Assembly (NCBI GenBank): GCA_030264375.1
Contig: JASCQW010000001.1
Location: 87,257,657-87,321,656, forward strand
Length of the DNA: 64,000 nt
Direction of reading: 5' to 3'
Source of the DNA: Carcharhinus longimanus
Taxonomy: Eukaryota
Shown here: piece by piece, positions 51,438-62,480 of the stretch
How the letters are laid out: each line of letters starts with the position of its first letter
Numbering within the stretch: the first letter of the stretch is position 1
Translations under genes and position numbers: made by a program
Notes under the pieces: model-generated
Database searches by the model: none
The model's input: only the letters and a program-made list of their open reading frames with translations
What the model was told of the DNA's origin: nothing

Positions 51438-51606
51438 TACCACCTCAGCATGGGCACAGTAGGTTGGATTGGCTGACAAACAACAGCAGGGATACTGGCA
51501 GAGTGTCAGTTGCCTGAGGTCAGGCCCGTGGAATTCGCTTCTCTTGTCACCTGCTCCTCTTCCCTTCAGAGAGTGTGCACCTCTCGGTTTCCCCTGTGGA
51601 AATAAG

Positions 51607-52066
51607 GGTCAAGATTTTCAATCAGGAATTGGAAATGCAGACTAGTTCAAGGCCCTGGCTTCATGCAGCATGACTTAGTTACACACACAAATTTTGAAGA
51701 CTGTAGCCAATTAATGATTGATATGCAGAATCACCATCCATTGGGACACCTGAAGCTGGAGAGCCAATGGGAGGCTCTTTGGTACTCTGTGATTGATAGC
51801 CTCACCTACCAAGGTGGGAGATGTTAATCTGAAGCTGAAGACTGCGGGAGGGAAGAGTGCTGTGTGGGAGGCGGGAAAAAGCCACAGCTGTCTGCCCATG
51901 ATCCTGGAGGGGCAATCCCTTCAGTAGATAGCCAATAACCACGGCTGTGGTCTTGCAGACATTGGGTGGGAGACTGGTCCTCCCTTCCTGCCCTCAACCC
52001 ATCATGTTGACCTATGTGGCCCAGGCTGATGTGAGCCCCCTGCATTTCTGACTGAAAATCCCCGTC
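51607..52066. mobile_element. MITE-like element (Harbinger-type ends)
   Basis: Imperfect TIRs GGTCAAGATTTTCAATCAG and CTGACTGAAAATCCCCGTC. Confidence 0.45.
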
Positions 52067-52694
52067 AATATGAGAATGGGGGATTAGCAGTCCCATTCAT
52101 TGAATACAATTGCCCTCAACTGGCTGCTCGGGAGCTATCACTGAAAATGGTTCGTGATCAGGGTTGAAATTGTGGTGATGAACCAGCACAGGGGTTGGTG
52201 CCACAAAATCTCACATCTGCCTGTCTTCTATTTGGATCCCGTATTAACAGAAGAATTTGGCCTACGGCCACTCTCCTCCTGTTGACCCTATCACTGAAGC
52301 CTCCAGCATTGTGTACCTGGAAGTCCTCTTGGAATTCCATTTGTTTTGCCTTTTATTTGAATTTTAATTCAACTCAGACAGTCAGCTGCTTCTTTCTTGT
52401 AATAAGTGCAATGCCCATTAAGTGGGATGGGTTGTTTGAGAGGTGTAGGTTAGCTGGAACATGCACTAGCCCATCACTCTGCTAGCTAAGCCCCCTGTTA
52501 AATGCTCAGCCAGCGAGCAGTACAACTTATGCTCAGCTGAATGCTTCAGTCAGGCAAATAAAGAGGCAGCACAAAATATTTCTACTGCCTACCTCAGTAG
52601 GACCTCAGGCCTAAAACGGGAGAGAACTAGTTTTTAGTCCATTATGCCCTATAAAGAACCATGTGCTTTAATGCCTCCTTACCTCTTCCTGTAG

Positions 52695-52941
52695 CAATGT
52701 ACAGTTCTTTCCTGCCTCCTTTACTGCTGCTGTTGGCCCTGCTTTGTGAGCCTCGAGCACAATTTCAGGAAGCATTTTTATGTTCGGCAACTGAGAAAGC
52801 CAATTCTGTGAAACGTTACTTGCCCTCCATAAACTCACCATGCGAAAGTACTTCAAAGGCAAATCCTTGTCAAAACAATCAATCATGACCCCAAACTCCT
52901 GAGAAGCTTAAAATGATGAATCAGAGATTTACTTTAATGAG
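52695..52941 (+). other. Candidate exon containing a 63-aa signal-peptide-like small ORF (52697-52888)
   Basis: Strong acceptor (TTAAT branch-like motif, CCTCCTTACCTCTTCCTGTAG|C) and strong donor GAG|GTGAGT. ORF: MYSSFLPPLLLLLALLCEPRAQFQEAFLCSATEKANSVKRYLPSINSPCESTSKANPCQNNQS*. Confidence 0.45.
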
Positions 52942-53672
52942 GTGAGTATCCTTTTAAATCTTGCTTCGAAAATATATGCGCTGATTGTTTGTGCTACAAT
53001 TTGCTAGGTAGATTATCAAATGATGTTTCAGGCATGCATTCGCACCAAATTCACATACCAGCCCCGATTTAGCTGCTGGGCATTCATTAGCATATTTAGA
53101 TGATGTCTAAGTTTGTTTCACTAGGTTGCAGGGGACATTTGTCAAGTGCCCAATAAATATTGCTTTGGACGTAGTTGTGCACATTTGTGGCATGGAACAT
53201 TATGCAGCAGAACTCAACCATGTAGCACTCATTTTGGCTGCATGCCAATTTCTACCCCCGCATTTGTAATAAGACGATCTGAGATTCTTTGCGTCATTAG
53301 TAGATGCAAAATCCATTAAAATTCCAAAGGCTCATCAGAGATTTTTTAATAGGTGCTTGATTATATACCAGATAACTTGGGCTTTTATTTTTACATCAGG
53401 CAGGTGCGCTACACAATTTGATCATAAACAACAACATGATTTACTGAGCAGTTCTGGGCCATTTCTAGTAGATGTTGGGAAAAAATTCCGTCTGTGTGTT
53501 GTCTAACAAAACTAAATCCTATAGGGCTAGTCAATTGGCCATGTGCAGGAATGAGGTTGAACAGTTTACGTTGTCCACATCTGGGTAAAAAGATTGATTG
53601 ACAGGCATTTGCAAGTATCATTTGGTTAGTACGGGTGCTTATTCTTTTAAATACAAAACTTAACTTCTTTAA

Positions 53673-53835
53673 AATTTGATTTATTATTGTCACATACATT
53701 GGTATACAGTGAAAAGTATTGTTTCTTGTGTGCTATATAGATAAAGTACACCGTATATAGAGAAGGAAAGGAGAGAGTGCAGAATGTAATGATACAATCA
53801 TAGCTAGGATGCAGAGAAAGATCAATTTAATATTC
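53673..53835 (-). mobile_element. LINE 3' UTR/tail, Rex1/Babar-like
   Basis: TTTGATTTATTATTGTCACAT...ACAGTGAAAAGTATTGTTTCTTG; inverted homologue of 55620-55776. Confidence 0.7.
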
Positions 53836-53887
53836 CTGCAGTGAGTTTAATAGCCAATTAATATCCAAATATTTTAATTTATTTCTT

Positions 53888-54865
53888 ATTTACTCATTTA
53901 TGGGATGTAATTGTCACTGGTAAGGCCAGCATTTATTGTTAATCCCTTGTTTCTCTTAAGAAGGTAATGATGAGCCATCTCTTTTAACTACATAGTCTGT
54001 GGAGTGATGGAACTCCCAAAATATTGTTTGGAAGGAACTTTCTGAATTTTGACCCAGTGGCAGTGATATGGTCTGGATGGTGTACGTCTTGACAAAAAAG
54101 CTTGTAGGTAATTGTGTTTCCATGCTCTTATATTTCTAAGTGTTAGAAATCATGGATTTGGAAGGTGCTGTTGAAGGAACATAGCGAGTTCTTTGCTGCA
54201 CGTTATAGACAGTATACACGGCCGATACTGTGCGTCGGTGATGGAGGGTGTGAATGTTTAAGTTGAAGGGTGGAATGCTAATAAAATGGACTGCTTTCTC
54301 CTGTATGATGCATATCATTTTGAGCATTATTAGAGCTGCAGTCATCCCAGGAAAATAGCGGATATGCCATCACATTCTTGACTTGTGCATTGTAGATGGT
54401 AGAAAGAAATTGGAGAGTTGGGCAGTGAGTCATGCACTGCAAAATTCCACGACTCTGGCTTCCTCTTGCCACCATAGTATTTATGCAACAGCTATAGTAG
54501 TTGAGACCGAAACATTGCCTGATTTCAAGAGGAAATTAGATCGAGCTCTTGGGCTAAAGAGGTCAAGGGATATGGGGAGAAGAGGGGATCAGGCTATTGA
54601 ATTTGATGATCAGCTATGATCAAGATGGATTGTGGAGCAGGTTTAAAGAACCGAATGGCCTGCTCCTGCTTTGTGTTTCTATATTTCTATGCAGCAGCTA
54701 TAGTTAAGTTTCTGGTCAATGTGAAGCTAGTACCTTAATGATGAAAGATTTCCCAATGCTCGTTCAACTAAATGTCAAGAGGAAGAGGTTAGACATTCTC
54801 TTGTTGAAAAATGTCATTGCTTTCTAATTGTGTGGCCTGAACATTACCTGCCACTTATCAATCCA
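53888..54865 (-). mobile_element. Decayed copy of the 49960-51437 LINE family with a CR1 tail inserted
   Basis: GGCCAGCATTTATTG tail and GGATTTGGAAGGTGCTGTTGAAGGA match the antisense of 51115-51140. ORF 54278-54475 reads LSTIYNAQVKNVMAY. Confidence 0.75.
54499..54687 (+). mobile_element. CR1 3' tail insertion with a 17-bp target-site duplication
   Basis: CR1 tail GAACCGAATGGCCTGCTCCTGCT...TTTCTATATTTC, flanked by TATGCAACAGCTATAGT (54482-54498) and TATGCAGCAGCTATAGT (54688-54704). Confidence 0.85.
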
Positions 54866-55619
54866 TGTAATATATATATATATATATACATCTATATATC
54901 AATACCATCATGTANNNNNNNNNNTGTACACAATACTCATAGCATTTATGATACACTATTGAGGGAATGTTCAATCCCAAACAATATTATCAACATGGTC
55001 TCTAACTGAAATGAAGAGAAGTGCATAATGGCTAGGCCAACTTGGTTGGACCACATGAATTCAGTTTTCATGATAACAAATTCCCACAACATTTCTTGAC
55101 ACACATCTCTGTTTCTATCGCTTCTTAGGAGGAAATAACATTTGCATCGTGTGATGCCAGTGTATCCTTAAAAAATTTTTTTTTTAGTCATGTTCTCTGC
55201 AGTTGTAAGCAAGCTTTTTGGTTTCATTGCTGAGTGTCTGGTTAGAATTCATTTTATTGCTGCTTCACTTGTTATTTTCACTCTGGGCCTCAGATACTTT
55301 CTGGGATGTTTTTTAACCCTGTATTGTGAGGGGGAAAATCAAAGTCCCAGAAGAATTGAAGTACTCACTTTCAATTTTGGTTTTAGAGTCAGAAACTGCC
55401 CTGGTTGTCAAGTGATAAGCAGTTCTTTTCTTTCTCTTGAATCAAATAAACTACTCCGTACCCTTGCCTCAGCCTAGTATTGTCCAACCAAAAGAGAAGC
55501 ACGCACTCCGGACGTTCTCCCTTCCACCAGGAAAAAGATAAAAAAAATGTCTGAGGTAATTTACCAATTGAACTCAAGTACAGCTTCTTCCCTGCTGCTG
55601 TCAGACCTTTGGACTTACC

Positions 55620-55776
55620 TCGCATTAAGTTGATCTTTCTCTACACCTAGCTTTGATTGTGACACTACATTCTGCGTTTCCTTCTCTATGATCAGTATGT
55701 TTTGTCTTTATAGCTCTCAAGAAAAAATACTTTTCACTGTGTGTTAATACATGTGACAATAATAAATCAAATCAAA
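55620..55776 (+). mobile_element. LINE 3' UTR/tail, Rex1/Babar-like
   Basis: AATACTTTTCACTGT...CATGTGACAATAATAAATCAAATCAAA. Confidence 0.7.
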
Positions 55777-55900
55777 ATGCTGGAAAACCTCAGCAGGTCT
55801 GGCAGCATCTGTAAGGAGATAAAAGAGCTGACATTTCGAGTCCAGATGATCCTTTGTCAAAGAATCATCTGGACTCAAAACATCAGCTCTTTTCTCTTCT
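55777..55900. mobile_element. Penelope terminal repeats forming a 73-bp palindrome
   Basis: ATGCTGGAAAACCTCAGCAGGTCTGGCAGCATCTGT, then AAAAGAGCTGACATTTCGAGTCCAGATGATCCTTTG-T-CAAAGAATCATCTGGACTCAAAACATCAGCTCTTTT (55821-55893). Confidence 0.85.
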
Positions 55901-55944
55901 ATTGTCCAATGCTTCCAATGTCCAGGTTTGCTGCATGCAGATAT

Positions 55945-56448
55945 GAATCATAGAAACCCGACAATGCAGACAGAGGCCTTTTGGCCCATTGAATCTGCAC
56001 CAGACACAATCCCACCTAGCCCTTACCCCATATCCCTACATATTGANNNNNNNNNNNNNNNNNNNNNNNNNNNNNNNNNNNNNNNNNNNNNNNNNNNNNN
56101 NNNNNNNNNNNNNNNNNNNNNNNNNNNNNNNNNNNNNNNNNNNNNNNNNNNNNNNNNNNNNNNNNNNNNNNNNNNNNNNNNNNNNNNNNNNNNNNNNNNN
56201 NNNNNNNNNNNNNNNNNNNNNNNNNNNNNNNNNNNNNNNNNNNNNNNNNNNNNNNNNNNNNNNNNNNNNCAGTGACCCAAGCTGGGAATCAAACCCAGGA
56301 CCCTGGAGCTGTGAAGCAGCAGTGCTAACCACTGTGCTACTGTGCCACCTATCCTAACCTGCACATCTTTGGAATATGGGAGGAAACCGGAGCACCCGGA
56401 GGAAACTCACGCAGACACGAGGAGAATGTGCAAATTCCGCACGGACAG
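55945..56448 (-). mobile_element. Two adjacent or nested HE1-type V-SINEs (gap inside)
   Basis: Tail at 55945-56040, head at 56270-56348, and a second V-domain piece at 56350-56448. Confidence 0.85.
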
Positions 56449-57094
56449 ATATGGAATTCTTCAGTATCTGAGGAGCTAAAAACAGAAGAGATCAACATGA
56501 AAGCTTTAGTGAAAATCCCCATTTCTGACCTTGTGATGGAGGGAAGGTTATTAATGAAATAATTGGGATTGAGACACTTGTCATTCATAAATTGAACAGG
56601 AAGCTCTAGAGATTGAATACTCATGATCGATTTCTAAATATCTAGAATTTATTTGCTGATTTTTGGATTAATAATGGCATGCATCTTTAACAGTTGTTAT
56701 GTATTTAAAAGGGTTGCATGGTTTAAAAGTTGATCAAGTGAATTGTTGATGTCATTGCAGTGGCCGCTGTTTTACTTTAATTTAATTTTATACTCTGTGC
56801 CGTGCAGAAAAATCTCTTTCAATAAACCTTGTTATTGTTAATTTGAATCTATGTGTGCAAACATGTTTTTTCTTGTTAAACTCATAACCTCCACGTAATT
56901 AAGCCATTATATTATTGTTCCAGCAATATCTAGCCATCCTGTTTTCAACTGTTTATGTTTTTATTACACAGAGGAAATTAAAATATAATGCTCCCTTGTG
57001 TTTTTATGTACCTATTATTGAGAAACTGTGATACATTTCTCCATATAGCATTCCTGTTGACCAAGGGTTGCAAATCATTTCTTATGCCATGATA

Positions 57095-58326
57095 ATTTGG
57101 TAGGTCAAACCAGGGCAGGACTTATTCAGTTAATGGTAGGGTGTTAGGGGAAAGTTATAGAACAAAGAGATCTAGGGGTACAGGTTGAAAGCTACTTAAA
57201 AGTGGAGTCACAGGTGGACACAATGGTGAAGAAGGCACTCAGCATGCTTGGTTTCATTGGTCAGAACATTGAATACAGGAGTTGGGACATCTTGTTGAAG
57301 TTGTACAAGACATTGNNNNNNNNNNNNNNNNNNNNNNNNNNNNNNNNNNNNNNNNNNNNNNNNNNNNNNNNNNNNNNNNNNNNNNNNNNNNNNNNNNNNN
57401 NNNNNNNNNNNNNNNNNNNNNNNNNNNNNNNNNNNNNNNNNNNNNNNNNNNNNNNNNNNNNNNNNNNNNNNNNNNNNNNNNNNNNNNNNNNNNNNNNNNN
57501 NNNNNNNNNNNNNNNNNNNNNNNNNNNNNNNNNNNNNNNNNNNNNNNNNNNNNNNNNNNNNNNNNNNNNNNNNNNNNNNNNNNNNNNNNNNNNNNNNNNN
57601 NNNNNNNNNNNNNNNNNNNNNNNNNNNNNNNNNNNNNNNNNNNNNNNNNNNNNNNNNNNNNNNNNNNNNNNNNNNNNNNNNNNNNNNNNNNNNNNNNNNN
57701 NNNNNNNNNTGGTCAGAACATTGAATACAGGAGTTGGGACATCTTGTTGAAGTTGTACAAGACATTGATAAGGCCACACTTGGAATGCTGTGTACAGTTC
57801 TGGCCATCTTATCATAGAAAGGATATTACTAAACTAGAAAAAGTGCAGAAAATATTTAGTAGGATGCTATGAGGACTTGATGGTTTGAGCTATATGGACG
57901 GGTTGGATGGACTGGGACCTTTTTCTCTGGAGTGTAGGACACTTAAGGGTGACCTTATAGAGGTTAATAAAATAATGAGGGGCATAGACAAGGTAGATAG
58001 TCAATATCTTTTTCCAAAGGTAGGGGAGTCTAAAACTAGAGGACATTGGTCTAATGTGAGAGGGGAGAGATACAAAAGGGTCCAGAGGAGCAATTTTTTT
58101 CACACAGAGGACATTGAGTGTCCGGAACGAGCTGCCAGAGGTAGTAGTAGGGGCTGATACAATTTTGTCTTTTAAAAAGCATTAAGATAGTCACATGGGT
58201 ACGATAGGCATAGAGGGATATGGGCCAAGTGCGAGCAATTGGGACTAGCTTAGTGGTTAAAAAAAGGGGAAGCTTGGAAAAGTGGGCCGAAAGGCCTGTT
58301 TCCATGCTGTAATCTCTATGATTCTA
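57095..58326 (+). mobile_element. CR1 LINE 3' region
   Basis: IEYRSWDILLKLYKTLIRPHLECCVQFW...DITKLEKVQK and GDLIEVNKIMRGIDKVDSQYLFPKVGESKTRGH; tail GGGCCGAAAGGCCTGTTTCCATGCTGTAATCTCTATGATTCTA. Confidence 0.95.
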
Positions 58327-58334
58327 AGACATCA

Positions 58335-58452
58335 ATGAGGCCAGGCGATGAGGCAGGCCACAAAAACCACCTCAGCTGGTACAGAGATGAAACCTGTGGC
58401 ACTGGTGGTGCTATACATCACCTTCTCGCCATCTACCCTTCTGAGCTAATCG
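58335..58452 (-). mobile_element. Old tRNA-derived SINE head fragment
   Basis: Minus strand reads GATTAGCTCAGAAGGGTAGA...CAGGTTTCATCTCTGTACCAGCTGAGGT, i.e. degenerate A and B boxes. It cannot fold as a tRNA. Confidence 0.45.
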
Positions 58453-60230
58453 TACACCACTCCCTGCCAAAAAATTAAACAGACACATCGGACTTGTTTT
58501 TCAGTGGTCCATGGGGACGAGGAAGGGTGCAGGTGGGTATTGAAAGGTGCATTATCAGATGATGTGTAAGTCTTCCAAAGCCTCTGGAATGCACTGGTGC
58601 TTTCAAAGTAAGGGCAGGAGTAGATGAGGTTGGAAGGGGTGGCGGGAGGGGACAAAGTCCAAAATCCTGCAAACCTCCAATTACCTGGCTCTTGGGTTTT
58701 TTGATGAAAATGCTAACTAACAGGCTGAAGAATAGGAATGGGAAAATCAAGCAGTCTGAGGACCTTTAATGGATAGCCATTGCAACCCATAAATAATTTT
58801 AGCTGATTTTAATTATTTATAAAAAATAACCCTCCAGACCCTGTTCCCACCTCCAAGAAGTGGCCAGCCTCAACTAATTGAGCATCAAACTGGACTCAGG
58901 TCCATGCATGATCTGATACAGATGTTGGGTTGTTCCCTGTATTAGAAATACTACCTGTACAGACAATATTCAATGCCTATATTTATCACTGAGTCATATA
59001 AACTACATTTGATGTTTGATCCCTGGTATGTTAATTTATTATAAGTATGTGTTAAGCGTGTTGCAATTGGCCTTGGGCCTTTTGAGTTATGGAGAGGATA
59101 ATTGGTCAATATTGCTGATTACAATCCAGCAAACCTTGCGGCAAATGTACAGTTGCAAGTGCAGATTAATGCTTAACAATGAACACCCAAGCCATCAAGA
59201 AGCCCTACACCAACAATTGTTGTTTAAAACTGGTCACTTCGATCAGATGCAGTCTATGATTTACTCTAGCATGGACTTAATGCAATCAGGAGGGGAATAA
59301 AAAAATACAAATAAGATACATTTATGGAATTAGTAATGATTCTTTTACCTCAACTGTAAAATCAGAATCATCATTCTACTTGATGCATTGGAAATGTTTA
59401 TTGTATTTTATGTTTGTGGGCAATTGCATTATCAATTCATAATCCGCATCTTCCCTTCCACATAGAGGCATCTATATTATTGGGGGATGAACTTTATACT
59501 CGGAATTATAATTTTATATATAGGTCCCAAGCTTGATATCAGATGCTGGAGTGCTTGTTCAGATGGTTAAAAAGTCTATAAATCTAGTGGTGAAGAATGT
59601 GGTCCAGTTGTTAGACAATTACATTGGAGTCAAACCATGGGCTTTGCAGTCTAGAGAGTTCTTAATGCAGAACATCACATCTCAAAGGTATTTATTTGAA
59701 GTAATGGAAGCTTCAACCCCCTCAATCTGCTCCACTTTGTAGGAACCTGCACGTCGATGGCTTTCTTTGCAAGAAAAGAGCACAAAATAAAAATGTGCTT
59801 TTGTCAAATGCAGTTCAGTAATCATACGGTTAATATAGTTTTGGTTTTGTAAATAGAAGCTTTACTGCTGCACCTGTCTTGGGAACAGCAGTGAGTCTTG
59901 ATTGTCTAAGGATGATTACCACTTCCAGAACACTGGAAGCAAAGTGTACTCTCCGTGCTTTTATCCTAAATTATCCATTAGTCATTGTATAAAGGACACA
60001 AATTTGTGCTAATCTTGGAACTTACTCACAATGTACAAAATTAAAAGCCTATGAATTATCACAGCTAAGAGCTTAGGAGCAAAATTTTGATTTTCTCCCT
60101 TTCTTTCCTTCACACACTGACCATCATTCTGAGAGTGCAGATATTTCCTTTCTAACCTACACTATAAAGCTTTAACATAGATTTAATTCAATTATAAATG
60201 AATCAGACTTGAAATTTGCAATGCAATAGC

Positions 60231-61021
60231 TGTGAGTCCCTATGAGAAAGTTTTTGTTTTGAAACATGATTTCTGCAGCTTACAGCTTCAGTGCTGTCAT
60301 TGTTGCCAGCTTAGCTGTCAGATGCCCTTTTAATGCTACTTCAATGGGGCTGTTTGTTTTTACTTTGGTTTTTTTTAATTATTGGCAGGTCAGGTGACAA
60401 AAAGATGTTTTTTCATTTCCAGTTCTGAGCTGCACATTTGAGTTTCAGTTTAGAAGGGAGTGGACATCAGATTGAAAGCAGGGCCTTTTCTCTCTCTCCC
60501 TGGTTTTAGGAAATTCTGCTGTTTAGCTGAAAGCCTTCCTGGAGTAGAAAATCTGTTGTTGTGGGCTGGACCAAGAGCCTCTGGTGCTTTGGAAAACTGT
60601 CTTGTCTTCAGACTGTTATGTGTCTCAAGAGCATTGGACTGCAGAATCCAGCTAACAGCCTCAATCCCAGTATCATGTGAGCATTAATACGTGCTGCATT
60701 AAATTTGTGAAAAGGGTTTTTTGTTGTCTATGGGTTTTGTTTTAATTGGAACATATTAGAGATATTCATTGAGAGTTTCACATTATAGTAGTTGTTTTGT
60801 TTCTTGTTAGTAATTGATAAAAGTTCATGCTAACTTTCTTACCATACATGTTATGTGTATTCTTAAATAAACTTTATTTTGATAAAAGCTCCCTACTGGA
60901 TCATTTGAATCACACCTGAAGTGAAGCATCTCATGCTTATCTAGCCAAATTCAAGATGCAAAACTTATGAGTCAGGAGGGTTTCATGAAACATTTTGGAG
61001 TTTTTAACCTGAACCATAGCA
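60231..61021 (+). mobile_element. Solo LTR of about 790 bp
   Basis: TG...CA termini, AATAAA at about 60866, and flanks ATAGC (60226-60230) / ATAAC (61022-61026) as a degenerate 5-bp TSD. Confidence 0.65.
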
Positions 61022-62185
61022 ATAACAAAGCCTGAAATTCTCAAGTGTGACGATGATGATTAATATTCTTCAGGAATAGCTGTTTGAAAAACATTCATTT
61101 TTGGGACAGATTGGCTCTCCAAAAATGGATCAGGATCCTTGCCGAATGTCAGAAGAAAAGAAACTGATAACACTGCATGATGAGGGGCAATCTGGAAATC
61201 CCCCCTATGTGGCTATTGTTCACTCTAGATTCATTCAATGAAGAGTGTTCACATACAAATGCTAAAGATATTGCCAGGACTTTCCTCAGAGTTGTTCTTA
61301 TGCTGCCACACCTCCAGAAAAGTTAAGGCAGAAGAGTGAGGGCAAGGGAAAAAAAATCACAGCTAATTGAAACCTTTTAAAAACAAGCTTTGTAAGTTTT
61401 AATCTTATTTTAACATGAAGTTTCATTGCTATTCCTTATAACAGATGTAAAACACAATTTTCAGTGAATCTTAAAATAGCATATGGATCTTTATTTAAGT
61501 ATATATTAAACCAACTGTGGAAAAATATGCTTTTATTCCACGACACAGTACAGAAATGGTGCGGTGGATAATGTAAGGTTCCTTGTTGTCATGCAGTAGT
61601 TTCCACTTTGACAAATAACTGTTATTACCTCGCCTTTGCTTACCATTAACTTGTAATCATTGAACTGATCTAAACTCGTTTGGCTGCAGCCGTTGATTCC
61701 TTTCTTTGTTCCCTTGTGCTAATTAAGATGAAGGATGATTGTGTGGTAGAATAGAATCATTTTCACTTTGGCAACCTGTGTCAATCCCACGTTCTCTATC
61801 CAGATAACAGATTGGACATGCTTTACAAAGGATGTGTATAAAGGAAGGAGAGCACTAAACCAAAGCAGCACATTCTTTCTTAGAAAATTAGGTCCTAAAA
61901 ATTCCTAATAGGGGAGGAAATTCAAACAGAATCCTACCATTGACGTTTTTTCTTGCTCGAAACCAAATTGCTCCATACAAAACTATCAGCATACAAGGAC
62001 CTTCATGACCTAGATTTCTGTGGTCATCAAAGGAACCTACGTCAGGTTGATGCGGCCTTACATTTCCTTTGTCATAACGTCTAACTGTCTCTCGAATAAT
62101 ACCAGTAATCTTAAATGTCTTACCCTGAAAACTGCAAAACTTAATTATATTTTGCTTGAATAAACGTTTTCTGCTATTAACAAAA

Positions 62186-62480
62186 GGGATGGTACAGGGG
62201 TTTGCACTGCTCCTCACAATGCCAGAGACTCAGGTTTGATTCCCCACCTGCATCACTGTCTGTGCAGGGCCTGCACATTTTCCTTATGTCTGCATGTGTT
62301 TCCTCTGGATGCTCCGGATTCCTCCCACAGTCTGAAAGACACGCTGGTTAGGTGCATTGGCCATGCTAAATTCTCCATCAAGTGTATCGAACAGGCACTG
62401 GAGTGTGGCATCTGGGATTTTCACAATAACTTCATTGCACTGTTAACATAAACCTACTTATGACACTAATATATAAACTT
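62186..62480 (+). mobile_element. V-SINE with alternative 3' tail
   Basis: CAGTCTGAAAGACACGCTGGTTAGGTGCATTGGCCATGCTAAATTCTCC...TTTTCACAATAACTTCATTGCA...TGTGACACTAATATATAAACTT. Confidence 0.85.

Noticed and set aside
57258-57767. Identical repeat of about 58 bp flanking an N gap inside CR1
   Set aside because: Same assembly-overlap artefact.
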